Assembly: GCA_030704615.1 (NCBI GenBank)
Contig: CM060733.1
Span: forward strand, 74,338,001-74,402,000
Origin: Takakia lepidozioides
Lineage: Eukaryota > Plantae > Bryophyta
Direction: 5' to 3'
DNA: 64,000 nucleotides
Below the pieces are notes generated by a model. The model was not told the DNA's origin, searched no databases, and saw only the letters and a program-made list of their open reading frames with translations. A program made the translations under genes and the position numbers. Of this stretch, positions 47,501 to 59,241 are shown piece after piece. The first letter of the stretch is position 1. The number at the start of each line of letters is the position of its first letter.

Positions 47501-49941
47501 CACTTACCTATACCTGGGTATCCCATAATGCCGTTTTTTCTGAATGTGAAAGGGATAAACTGACTGGAAAATCAGCCTTGCGTCAACGCAAGGTTGATGA
47601 AGTGTGAGGCTATGTAGCTTTTCCTGTGGTTTTGGGCAGTTCAAATCCAGTTCCAATGCTGCCAAGATGAACATAAGTCTGTTTTGAGTCGGTTTGAAAT
47701 GCTATTTACAACTTTAACTGTACCACCAAACAGACTTGCGTTGACGCAAGGTTGTTTGGCGGTATGGATTGCTGGAAATTTTCCGCAGCCATCCCCCGAT
47801 TTCAATACAATTGTAGGAAACTTATGATTATCAGATACCATTGACATGTGTTTCAACAGAGGATTTCAACATTGCTTCAACGCAATGTTGAATATCCGCA
47901 CCAGTACATAGTCTGATGGTAGTTTTCATGCAGTGTTTTCCATTTCCTCTCAACCCTAAAACAACCTTGCGTTGAAGCAATGTTGAATTGCGCTTCTCAG
48001 TCGTTGTCTCTATCAATACAACATTATCATTTGGTGTTCCCCATTTCTGCTAGAATGAACATTGCGTCAACGCAAGGTTAATTCGGGATTTCAAAAGTAG
48101 AATTCTCAGTGTTGCATTCCTGCATTTCAATATCTTTTTCCGGATGTGTGTTCTTTTTCGTTTTCTGATCGAATGACTGTCTGGGTTTCTTGTATGTGAT
48201 TCAGGTATATGTATCATATCCTCATACCGGGAAAGTACCTTAGCGATGACCCAGACTTCATCTATTCATGGGCTGACCCCTCCAATGACAAGACAATGTA
48301 CACGGCTGGTATTGCCAAAGACTGGAGCAGGGCGCACTTCCGAGACTGTGGGTGGTACCTCGACCTGCCAAAACAGGACACCCCATTCGATGAAGTTGTT
48401 TTGAGAAACCTGAACGACAATGTCGCAGCGATTGCCCCATTGGCTGAGAAAGACATCCAGGACAGAATCATTTCGGCTCTGGCTGCAAAAGAGCCCGAGA
48501 AAACTGCTACTCCAAAACGAAAGGGGAAGGTTGTCGGGGATCCGAAGGGGAAGGGGAAAAGTGCAGCTCCGCAAGGACAGGGACCATCAGAGGTTCCTGA
48601 AAGACAGCCTTCTCCCGCAAGGAGGGATAGGAGAACTTCAAAGTCCAGGGAGCAAGTTTTCGAGGCGAGAGAACATCCCTCCAGGGTTTTGGGCCAGTTC
48701 AATCGTAAGGTGCTGAATGAAAGTTTTCTTTCAATGATGGAGTCGAGGAAGTCCACATTCAAAGGGGTGCCCTCGAAATCATGGGACATTTTTGTTTTGT
48801 TCCTCACTCAGGTGAAAACTTATGTCTAAACTGTTGTATGAATAATTGTGTTTGGCAGCTTGTTGTGGCTTGTCCAGGGGATTGATCTCCTGTTAGATTT
48901 GGATTGGGCTTCTTACACTGTCTCATGTTTTTGGCTGTAGGTCGCAAAAAGTCCGGAATGGGTGAATGGAGTTCAACAGGCTTACGCGACTGACCTTGTG
49001 GTGCTGGACATTCCTGACGGTTTTCCTGTCCCTGATGTGTTTCCTTCCAATTCGACCCCGACTTGGAACAAATCGGATTCTCGTTACTGGCAGTGGGCTT
49101 TCTCGTTCAGCAACAAGTTCCTTTCGGACTCGGGGGCTCTTCTTCTCATGCAGTCAAAGGACATGTCGGCTCGAAGAACTCTTTTCAGCTACATGAGAGC
49201 TTCCGGGTTTCGTGTCATCAAAACTTGGACATGCATCAATACTCTACCTCTTACGAAGGGCGAGTTCCCGGGGCAGAAAGTGAGTTGGTTCCTTTCAATT
49301 GATGTTTCGTGGTTTTCCGGTAAATCAAAATGGTGGGTTATGTCTTCTGTCTCATTCTCTCTTCGTGATTAATGACAGACACGAGTGTTCGAAGCTTTGT
49401 GCCTGGTGAGGCGGACTGACACTCTTCCTGTTGGTGTTGCTGAGTTTCAGTTGAGGGACCTTGCAGCTCACATTGACCCCACCTGCGAGTCTGTGGAGGA
49501 TGATGTTATCTTCAATTACGTCGACTCGGGTCGGACTATGAAAAGGTCGAATGGTGTCCCTTGGAGAGGTGCACGGGAGAAATCTCCAGCTTTCATGCAG
49601 ACTTTGGTGGAGACATGCAGCCGTCATGGTGGACGAGTGGTTGACTTGTCTATGGGCACAGGTGGGGCCCTTCACATTGTGTTTGACATATGGGCAGTGA
49701 CCTTAGGGAAACCCTATTTTTATTTCTCGTTCTTCTTGGATTTGCAGGAGCATGTTTTCATGCTTGCAAGAGCGCCGGAAGGCACTTCTTTGGCATGGAA
49801 GCTGATACGGAGCTCTTCTCAAGCGAGCTTCGTCAGCTTGAGTCGGGCACTACTTCTGCCCCATCCACAGAGGGACTTCTGGAGGAGCCCGAAGCGCCTG
49901 ACGAGGATCTGGACGTGGACTCCGATTTTGAGTGTGAGTAA
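44546..49941 (+). CDS. Transposon-borne 9-exon gene: ParB/Srx-like domain plus C-terminal beta-class amino-methyltransferase-like domain (~1104 aa)
   Basis: Manual GT-AG model: 44546-44995, 45623-46221, 46296-46485, 46577-47020, 47103-47311, 48205-48811, 48941-49279, 49379-49661, 49748-49941 = 3315 nt, phase-consistent with no stops. Motifs FFVWDGNHRL, DLVVLDIPDG and EKSPAFMQTLVETCSRHGGRVVDLSMGTG/ACFHACKSAGRHFFGME. Confidence 0.8.
44996..45622. repeat. Intron 1 with about 5 copies of palindrome CAACCTTGCGTYRACGCAAGGTTG
   Basis: Copies near 45063, 45267, 45354, 45470 and 45551. Confidence 0.85.
47312..48204. repeat. Intron 5 with about 6 copies of the same palindrome
   Basis: Copies near 47458, 47573, 47731, 47867, 47962 and 48057. 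Confidence 0.85.
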
Positions 49942-51799
49942 GTTCTTGTGTAGTCGTGCAAAATATGTTGCATTTGCTTGTGTCGTTCCCATTCGAGAAA
50001 TAGTGGCTTTCGTTGTCTAGATCTGGATGTTAACATCTACCACCATTCCTCTTCTTGCTTTGCAGAGTTCAGCACCAGTCATCGAATCAGCAGACACCTT
50101 TCGGTTTCCAAGGATACTACATGTCCCCGAGCCCCCCTAGATCCAACCGCTTGCCAGTTTACGCGGAAGCTTGCGCACGGGTGTTATCCAAACAAACACT
50201 GTACTCGCATCTCCATGAAGGTCGAGGAAAAAAAAAACGTCATGGATGTGCTGCTGTATTCATAGATGATATTGCTGTACACTCTGGAAGTGGTTCCTCT
50301 GAAACCTCCAATATTTCTTTAGGTTCAAGTACCGAGGCTCAATAAATTGTATTTTGGTTTTGCTTCCATCTCCAAACTGTTTTTCAAGTTCTTTGCGCGT
50401 TCCCGTAAGTACAGTTGGGGATTGCCTAAAATAGGTCTTCGGATTGCGGAATTGAAAAATGATTGTGTGTTGGAATGAATGTACTGCTTTGCCCAAAAAA
50501 AATGTTTGCTTTTAATATTCAGTTCTCTAGTGGACGATCTCCTCATTCCAAAGTCATGACCTCAATCATAATTCATCCGCAAACCTGCCATTGTTCTCGG
50601 CCACAAAGAATATTCATGTGGGGGCCATGAAGAGGGATAAAAAATTAGGACATAGGCGACAGCTGATCCGCGGTAATAGGGGGGGGTAAGCATGGAATTA
50701 CGGCCTGAACACGTGGATGCTTGCTGACGTGGCATGAGCCTAGCCAGGCTCACAGGCTCACAGGCTCACGCGGCCAGGCTCACGCGGCCAGGCTCACGCG
50801 CAAGCATTCCCCGCTGAGGACTTGCACATAAAAGAAATGCATCAGCAAACAAAGGTTGGACTGTAGTCATGAAAAGATGACACTGAGGCAAGGGAAGTTC
50901 AGATTGCGTGTCAAGATGCACATGACAAAGAGAGGAAGCAAGCAAGTAGGGTCCTAGAAAGTCATGACAATCTGAAAACAGTGAGCAGAGCAAGCATAGG
51001 GGCAACATCTATGATAAACCAGCATGGGCACAAGATTCTTGAAAGAGGAGCAGGGCCATCAAGGCAGGGCATCAGGACAGGAGGTGGCTGTTGGGACTGT
51101 ACTAATACAACAAAATATACCAAGGCACAACATGTAGAAATGATCAAGAAAGAACTGATGGTTATGCATGGAAGGAAGGAGCGCGTGACGAGATTGGTGA
51201 GCAGCAACAAAAGGTGGAAACAAGGAACAAGTAGGGCTGCACGGAGACAAGATGAGATGTACCAAGAAACAATTAAGGAAAGAACATGGCTCCAATGGAT
51301 CAGCCTGCAGCTCAGGAAATTGAAGCAAGGTTGCAAGAAGACAACAGACCTTGAACGGCAGCAAACATGGGCAGCAAAAGGACCTGCACGCAAGCCAAAA
51401 CACCATGCAAAAAGGAAGGTGATTGTATGGCGGTGGCAATTTCTTAGTCAACCATGGAGACTATCGAGACATATGGGCTGCATATAGATGGAAAAATGGT
51501 CACATGAAGCAGTAAGTGATGAGAAGGAAACAGGCCATACCAAGGATTGATATGGTGGAGACTTGGTCAAGTAGGGCTGCAGAGGTGATGACCACCAGAA
51601 AGGCAACATTGTGGGAAGGTGAACACTCAAATGAACAAGGGAATCCTGATTCACTAGGGCGAATAGCGATTGGCAGTATGATCATGTCAAAGTCACTCCA
51701 AACTAGATTCACTCAACCAGCTAACTTGCAGAATTCAACATGGCAATTTAGGGCCGATTCTGATAAGAGGGGAAAACAGGGTCTCATGTGTTGAAGAAG

Positions 51800-52446
51800 G
51801 TGCCTTCATTAGCAGTGCCTGATTTTATCAATTGTGCTGCCGCTGCTGCGGCTTCCAGTTGACCATCTACCCATGCAAGTTTCTTGTAGCTATCCTTCCA
51901 CAGGGAATCATAGGTAATCTGGAGCTTGAAATCCGGCCCTCTTGGATGAATCTACACCCACACTCTATCCCTGCTCCTTTAGCTATCCATGCCCACGAGG
52001 GTATTGTTCATAATCACATCTGGTACAATTCCAGCTTTGGTGATGCAACCATGCACCTCTTTGCATGTGCTTTCCAGGGCTGCCAGGCTTGCACACGCAC
52101 ACAAACATGATGTGGTCGAGCTTCACCCCTTCCCCCATCATTTGCTTTCAGGTCTCCAAAGCCCCATCCCGCGCTCCTGCTCTGCACACCCTGCATGCAA
52201 GCATCGCGTTCCACAACACCACATCTCGTTCAGCTATAGTGTTGAACACTCCCTTGGCATCCTCAATGCACCCACATTTGGCATACATGTCCACCAGGGC
52301 AGGGTTCAGAATGACATGTGGTACAAATTCAGCTTTGACAATGTCACCATGGACCTCTTTTCCCCTTTTCCAGAGCTCCCAGCCTTGCACACGCATTGCA
52401 AACACAAACAAACTTGATGTGGTTGGGCTTCACCCTTCACGCAGCA
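51800..52446 (-). pseudogene. PLS-class PPR gene fragment, frameshifted
   Basis: GKEVHGDIVK..NPALVDMYAKCGCIEDAKGVFN..RDVVLWNAML. Confidence 0.85.
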
Positions 52447-53130
52447 ACCGACCTATGTAGGCATCCGCCGCAAATCCACCAATAAAAGGAGTCAGATATA
52501 ATGCACCCACAAAATTGGACACCATGTTGGCTGATTTTGGGTTGCTGATATGCATCTTAGTGGTTAAATATGTGACCAGGTTACGCTGCAGCCCCAATGA
52601 GGCCATCCTTTCACATAATACAGTTCCTGCACAAAACCGTACAGATCTTCAAGGATTGACTCAATTTTTCCGAAGGTGAAGATATTATTGCCTCCAACAG
52701 CAGTCAAATTTGAACAGGGAATGGACAAGAGCTCCTCTTAACCTTATAATCAAATACCACGTTAGTGACTACACTTCTCATACAACTGATCAGTCTTGGT
52801 GGTCTTGGAGTGACCTTGAATCAAAGCTTATTTTGAACTGCCAATACATGTGTTTGGCGAGTCACACAGATGGCCTCATCCTCTCCTCCGCAAATAGTCA
52901 CCCCTACACATGCTTCAACATAAAGCTTAAGCTCTGCTCTAACCACTGCAGATGAGTATTAGAAGCTACAAAAATATCACAGATGATCTGTACAAGCGTA
53001 CCAAAAATAAGGGGGGCTGCCCTCCAGCCACCTATCTTCTGCTTGTCAGCAGTGCGGCCATGCTTGTCCACTGATCCATCCCCAGTCAACGAGTCTCCCT
53101 GGACATCCTCTTCACTCTCTTGGACCAATG
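52447..53130 (-). pseudogene. NPF: NRT1/PTR (NPF) transporter 5' fragment: exon ~53128-53002 and exon 52626-~52447
   Basis: TGDGSVDKHG..KIGGWRAAPLIFG/TVLCERMASLGLQRNLVTYLT..SANMVSNFVG..LTPFIGGFAADAYIGR, then runs directly into PPR sequence. The start codon appears disrupted (ATTG). Confidence 0.88.
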
Positions 53131-55339
53131 TTGAGCCCTATAAATCACAACAGAGTTCAAACTTTCAATGATGGAGTTTCTGAGATATTTAGCACAGTTT
53201 CAGAGTGATGTCTTGTTCTTTGACCACAAATCACTTGACAAAACATGTGCATGGCTCAGCCACCCACCAAATCCATGTGTTAATTATAATGCGATGGTGA
53301 GGAAACATCAACCCGTCTCCCTCGAGGATGGGGAGGTAGTACCACATATCGATTGTGGCCTAGAGCGACCGTTTTTCGTGGCGAGGAGCCACCCATTGCA
53401 CCTGATCCAATAGAGGCTGTCGGGCACAATCGTAGAAGGGACCGGGGCCAAATTTCAGGTGATGCGGAGGATGTTGACACTCTGGGATTGAGGCGGGCGC
53501 GCCGCGGGTTTCCCCTTGTGGGCCACCCCGTCCAACCACGTCCACCTTTGACCCCCCCCCCCGACAGGATTGAGTGTTGGTGCACTAAGTGTCGGGAACG
53601 GATACCGCCGTGCGGCACTGGACCACCGAGGCGGTGACCGCATGTTGTCGAAAAACATTACAAGAAGAACAAGATTGCGGATGCGGCAAAGGTGAGTGTT
53701 TTTCCCCCCCCTCTCATTAACATTCATTTAAGATACATTTAGGTTTATCTAATAATATAGTATGATTGGTAAGCATACATGAATCAAATTACGACATAAG
53801 TATTGATGCGTCGTTCACTACGCACATTGTAGCCACGACTTGATGCCCAAGCTCGCAATCACATTGCACAGAAGGCATTTCGCGCCGATCTACTTGCAGA
53901 ATTTGTGCCAGAGCATGTGCCCGATGTGACCAGTTGGTTCCCCCAGCAGCACGTAGATGAGATGCGTAGGGTCGAGGGGTATCGTAGGTGTCGTAGGCGT
54001 TATGGCCGGCGACGAGCAGCCCCCGACCCCCCCCCCCCCCCCCCCCCCCCTCCCCCCCTCCAGTCTCCTCAGGCGGTCCCCCTGATTGTGCCCCCCCCCC
54101 CCCCGTCTGTTTCTTTGCCTGATCCGGACGTTGTACCCCCGGCTGCACCTCCGACATTACATCCTCAACCACCTCCACTTTCATCTCCTCCACCAGCAGT
54201 ACCACCTCCACCTCCACCTCCACGTGCATGTGCCCCCCGAACCTCTAGGAGTATTGGGACCTCCGATTACATCGTGAGTGGGATGTGTATGATAGAAATA
54301 GGGTTCCTTTGAGACAGGGATCGCAGAGAAAGGCATTGTAGATATTCTCATGATGTACTTTGTATACATCCGATTAATCGATTGATGTAAAAAAAATTCT
54401 TGTTGCTCGTGTGGGTTGCAACTTTGCATATGTGATCTAAACATATCTATGCACATGTGGACCGAATATGAGCTTGAACCAAGTTGATTCAATGGGTCAT
54501 TCTAGTGTTGAACGCAGCTATGTGTCATAGAGACAAAAATTTGCGTTTTGCCTATAGATGATTTTTATTTTTTTTTCTATTTTCAAGCCATATGCTTAAT
54601 GATAGCAGATGCAATGTGCGTGCAAATTTTGGGAGTGAACAAAAGTCATTTGGACCCATAACTAGATTTTGTTCTCTCATTTGCACTCCAAAGTTGAGTT
54701 ATCTTCAACTTCATGCACTCTTCATAGAGAGTTCTGCAAAAGTGACCCTAGAAACACACTTATTTTTTTCCATTTTGTTTTTGTCCAATTTTTTGCATGG
54801 ATGTAGTGGTGCAAATCCGGATGTCACAGAACAAAATAGAGCTAAAAATAAAATCATTACGCCCCTCAAAACCGCAATCATATATTTTCTAAATGCAAAT
54901 ATTTATTTTAAATTCATTTAAATTCGATTTAATTCAAAATTGGTGCAAGGGTGAGTGCGTCGTTGGGGAGGCAAATGTTTTTTTTTTTTTTTCTGCTGGA
55001 TCTTTGTACAGGTGTTGCACACATATTTAAGCACATGTAGGAAAAAATGAAGCTTGAGCCACATCCGTTTGTTGGGTGCAATGGCATGAGAGGATTTTCT
55101 TTCACATTAATAAACAAAAATTGGTTGATAGGGTGAATGCGTCATTAGGGGGGCAAATGATTTTGTTTGGGTTTGAAACTTTGTATGCGTGTACGTTGCG
55201 CACATACATGTAATTATTGAATGACATATTTGATGCACGCACACATTGAAGGTTGTTGTTGTTTGCATTTCGCTTATAATGAAGTGTGTGATTGCAAGGA
55301 CACATTATAATACATGTCCCTATGTTCATTTGTTCGTAT

Positions 55340-58180
55340 CAGGACTTTGTCCATCCCTTCCCGGTCCTTTCTCTTGGCACCCCATCCAAAAACAACCCAA
55401 GTACATCAGGCGGGAGCCATGGGCGAGACGCCGCCCCCACGGTACCGGACGATGATGACGATGACAGTGACAGTGACAGTGACAACAACAATGAGCATGA
55501 AATTAACCAGGAGGATGTGCAAGCCATGGAGGATCTCTTAATGCATCATGTGGGCGCTGATGCATCCCATGAAGATGGAACCCGGCCAATCGATGATCCT
55601 GAAATGGCCCCCTCAAATGACATGGAGAGGGAGGCGAGAACTCCCTTGTACGAAGGGGCGAAAGTGAGCTGACTTTCAACAATCTTACTTTTGCTCAATC
55701 TTCAAATTCGATTTGGCATAAGTAATGTTGGGATGTTTGCCATAATGCGAACTATTGCAGACTGTATCCTTGCTCCACACTTGAAACCCAAGATGCCACG
55801 GTCGCGGAAAGAGGCGCGCGAAGTCTTGGACTCTGTGGGGATGGGCTATAAGATTTTTCATGCATGTCCATGTGATAAAACCCTATACTACGGAGAGGAT
55901 TCGCGTCTCACCAAGTGCCCAAAGTGCAAGAAAGACCGATATCGAGATGATGTCCAAGGGAAAAAAGTACCACGCAAGGTATAAGCGCCATTCCCCCTCG
56001 CATGGAGATTACTTTCTGTAATCTTCTCAATGTATGTAAAGTGTATTCCACAAAGTTTAGGGTTTAGAGAGTAGTATTCATGCAAGATCTGATGGTTTTG
56101 GAAGGAGTGAGTGAGGAGTGGAAGGAGCGACGTTTGGTTTTGACCATTCACACCCAAATGAGGGAGAGGCTGCATAAAGGGAAAGGCATAAGGGTGTTGT
56201 ATTATGTGTGCTAATGGGATGATTACATGTGGGGGGCGTGGGGTATTTCATCCTAGAAAATGCATTACTTTCCGATCATCCCGCGATTGAGGGCACAGTA
56301 CCGAAGCCCCGAATTGGCCAGACTCATGAGATGACACGCCTCGCATCGGAGCCCCCCGAGAAAGGTGTGCGGGTCACAAGATTCACAAGCATGGAGGCAT
56401 ATTGAAGAGATGTGGCCTTTTCTCTTGGAGGACCCACGACATGTCCACCTCGGCTTCTCCTCGGATGGGGTCAACCCATTCTCTGTCTAGTCATATAGTC
56501 ATTCCACTTGGCCGGTGACCATGGTGAATTACAACATCCCTTCGTATCTTTCAATTAAAAAAGACCATATCATGTTGGCTGCCATTATGCCAGGTGAGTG
56601 TACTCATTTCATGTTTATTATTGCCTTAGACTTTACATTAAACTTCTGATCTTTGACGTAATTCGGATGCAAGATTGATGAGTGACATAATCATGGAGTA
56701 AGACGTGTAATTCATTTTGTAGTATAATTTGCATATTGGTGGAGCATTGAAACAATGATGTGAATGTCTCATAGGGAAAAAACAAGTGGCAAATATGGAC
56801 ACGTACTTGCGACCTCTTGTTGATGAACTTAAGGAGCTATGGAGGGGGGTCCCGACATTGGATGCTTCACTTGACCTTATGGCCGGACAATCTTTTCATA
56901 TGAGAGGCATCTTGATTTGGACAATGCATGATTATCCAGGTATATTATGTTCCCCATGAACAACCCGCATACATTCACTTGTCAATGCCGGATAATATCG
57001 ATGAGGATTGGGATTGATTGAAGTAGCGGCGACAGTCTTGTGCACCGTAGTGGGGTAGATGACATTATGGGCCATGCACATGACAACTTTTTGTTTTTGC
57101 TAATGTGGCGGGATGTGTAGTACAAAACTAACTGTTTGCTCGGGGCTAAGCACCAAAGGGTACCATGCATGCTTGCATTGTGGCGATGATCTTGATGCAC
57201 ATAGCTCCCGCCATCTTCACAAGATGGTGTATCCCAACTACCGCAAATTTCTTCCTATGAGCCATCGATGGAGAAGAAGAGAGAAACACTTGTTTGATGA
57301 CAAAGAGGAAGTACGTCCCCCCCCTATGATACCATCCGAGCAGTTTTGGGAGGACCGATGGAAGGAGGCCCATGCGGGCACGGACGGTGAAGTGGACGTG
57401 CCCGACATGAAACGACTTTCAATCTTCTACGAGTTGTCATATTGGGCGGTACATATTCCACAAAAACACCATCAATATCCATATACATGCATGTGATATT
57501 GCACATTTGGTATGTGTTGCATTGTCACTTTCACATAATTTTTTTTGTGTAAGTCTTTGTGGGTGGGGATATACGTAGGACTTGAAGATTCGCCATCTTC
57601 TAGATCCCATGCATATTGAGAAGAATGTCTGCTCGTCTTTTTTTCGGGTTCTTCATGGCACGCCGACAAAGAAGGGAGTGGCTGCAAAAGGAGATTCTCT
57701 CGGTGTTAGAAAGGAGCTTGAGGAGCAAGGTCGCATGCGCCATCTATGGGCCGAACAAAATGGTGTGGACCCAAAGGGTGTTGTACGGTGGAAGTATAGG
57801 CGCGCACCTTGGCAATGGACAAAGGAGGAATACAAGAAAGCGATAGCCACCATAAGTGTTGTCCGAACACCAACTCATTATGGGTCATCCCTCCGTACGA
57901 AGTTCAGCGAAGAAGACGGGGTCCATGGTTTGAAGTCTCATAACTACCACAATCTATTGCAAGACATCTTGCCTATTGCAGTACGTGGGACATTGACTCC
58001 CGAGGTTCGTGAGACAATCTATGATTGGGAGGCTTGTTTTGGTGGATTTGCTCCAAAGAGTTGGAAGAAGCGGATTTTCCACGCATGAAGAAGGAGGCGG
58101 TGGAGGTAATGTGTATGTTGGAGATGCACCTTCCTCCCTCGTTCTTTGACATCCAAGTGCACTTGCCATCGCAAATTATC
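55340..58180 (+). pseudogene. CACTA/En-Spm (TnpD/Tnp2-type) transposase pseudogene, multi-exon
   Basis: ARTPLYEG, HACPCD..CPKC..RY, DGVNPF..STWPV..YNIP, YLRPLVDELKELW, WTMHDYPG, KGYHACLHC, LDPMHIEKNV, GLKSHNYH, PPSFFDIQVHL; several stops. Confidence 0.9.
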
Positions 58181-58669
58181 CTCTGCATGTACCTCCATCT
58201 CCTCACCTTCCCCATCAATGTCCATGTGCTCATCTTCATCCTCATCGTCGTCGTCGTCAGAATCCGCAGTGGAGTCCCCTGCTGAAGGGCCTTAGTATGA
58301 GCAGGTAATTCAAATGTGTGAGATCGCATATTGTTAATTAATAAATATGGCGGGAATGAGATTTGAGCCCTGAATCACCACTGTAACATGCAGGCATCTC
58401 GTTTATGGCATGCACAAGAAGTTGAACTCGAGACCTAAAGAGAACGAAACTGATCATGCAGAGGATGTCATCAATTATAAATATAGACAAAAGATTCTTC
58501 TGGCACGTCCCACGATGATATTGGAAGTGCAAACGGCTAAAAACAAAAAAAAATGAAAAAGTATCGGCCAGGTGGAAAGTGGATGGTGGAATGGTAGCTA
58601 CAACGGGATTAAAAAACTTATTTTGAAACAACCGAAAGCTCTAAAATAATATAGGATATGTTGTTCGAC

Positions 58670-59241
58670 ACCTACCAGATTATTCTTGTAGTCTGCACCG
58701 ACTACAAGCACATTGCTCTCTGCCACTTCCTCTTTCAACAGAAGGGCTGTTGTTCAACACCTACTTCCTTTTGTCAAAGACAACAACTCTTTCGACTGGC
58801 TGTCACTTGTAGTCTGCAACGACTACAAGCACACTGTTTGGGGTCACTTTCTATTCCAATCAGTTGTGTTTTAGGATAGTCCGTTCTTAGATAAGATGGA
58901 CGCTTCCATTAATTTTTATATAATTTTTTTTATAGTGTACCTATTCCCGCGGACTTTCTACCGTGCCCCTATTCTCGCGGGTATTTGCCCCCAGACCTCT
59001 CGGCCCAGTGTCTGTAATCGGCAACGACTACATAGGTTCGGCAACTACCGAACCTAATTTTGAGTAATCGAACCTACGGAATGTTGCAGTTACTGATGGT
59101 AAACCTGCCCTTTTTCAACTTCAAATGTTGTCGGAATTGCGGTTGAAAATCCAAATATGGAGGAATTTCCCTGGATATTCGGCTGCTCATGCCTAATTCT
59201 GCTCATGCCCATGCTCACCGCTCATGCAAAGTACACACCCC
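58670..59241. mobile_element. Right end of another MULE-like element abutting the gypsy integrase copy
   Basis: GCTCATG repeats ending ..CTCATGCAAAGTACACACCCC; TTGTAGTC-n6-GACTACAA palindromes at ~58686 and ~58807. Confidence 0.6.

Larger units (their letters stand above)
27964..50812. mobile_element. Mutator-like element MULE-2 carrying a transposase plus a ParB/MTase gene (about 11.0 kb without the nested gypsy)
   Basis: 9-bp direct repeat GCTGAGGAC at 27955-27963 and 50813-50821. Imperfect TIRs with CGTGAGCCTGG repeats and the TCATGCCACGTCA / TGACGTGGCATGA pair. Confidence 0.85.

Noticed and set aside
44546-49941. Bacterial contamination explaining the ParB/MTase motifs
   Set aside because: The gene has eight spliceosomal-type introns and lies within a TSD-bounded plant transposon.
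53780-54320. Proline-rich/extensin-like ORF
   Set aside because: Driven by poly-C and CCT/CCA low-complexity tracts; probably decayed CACTA-associated sequence.
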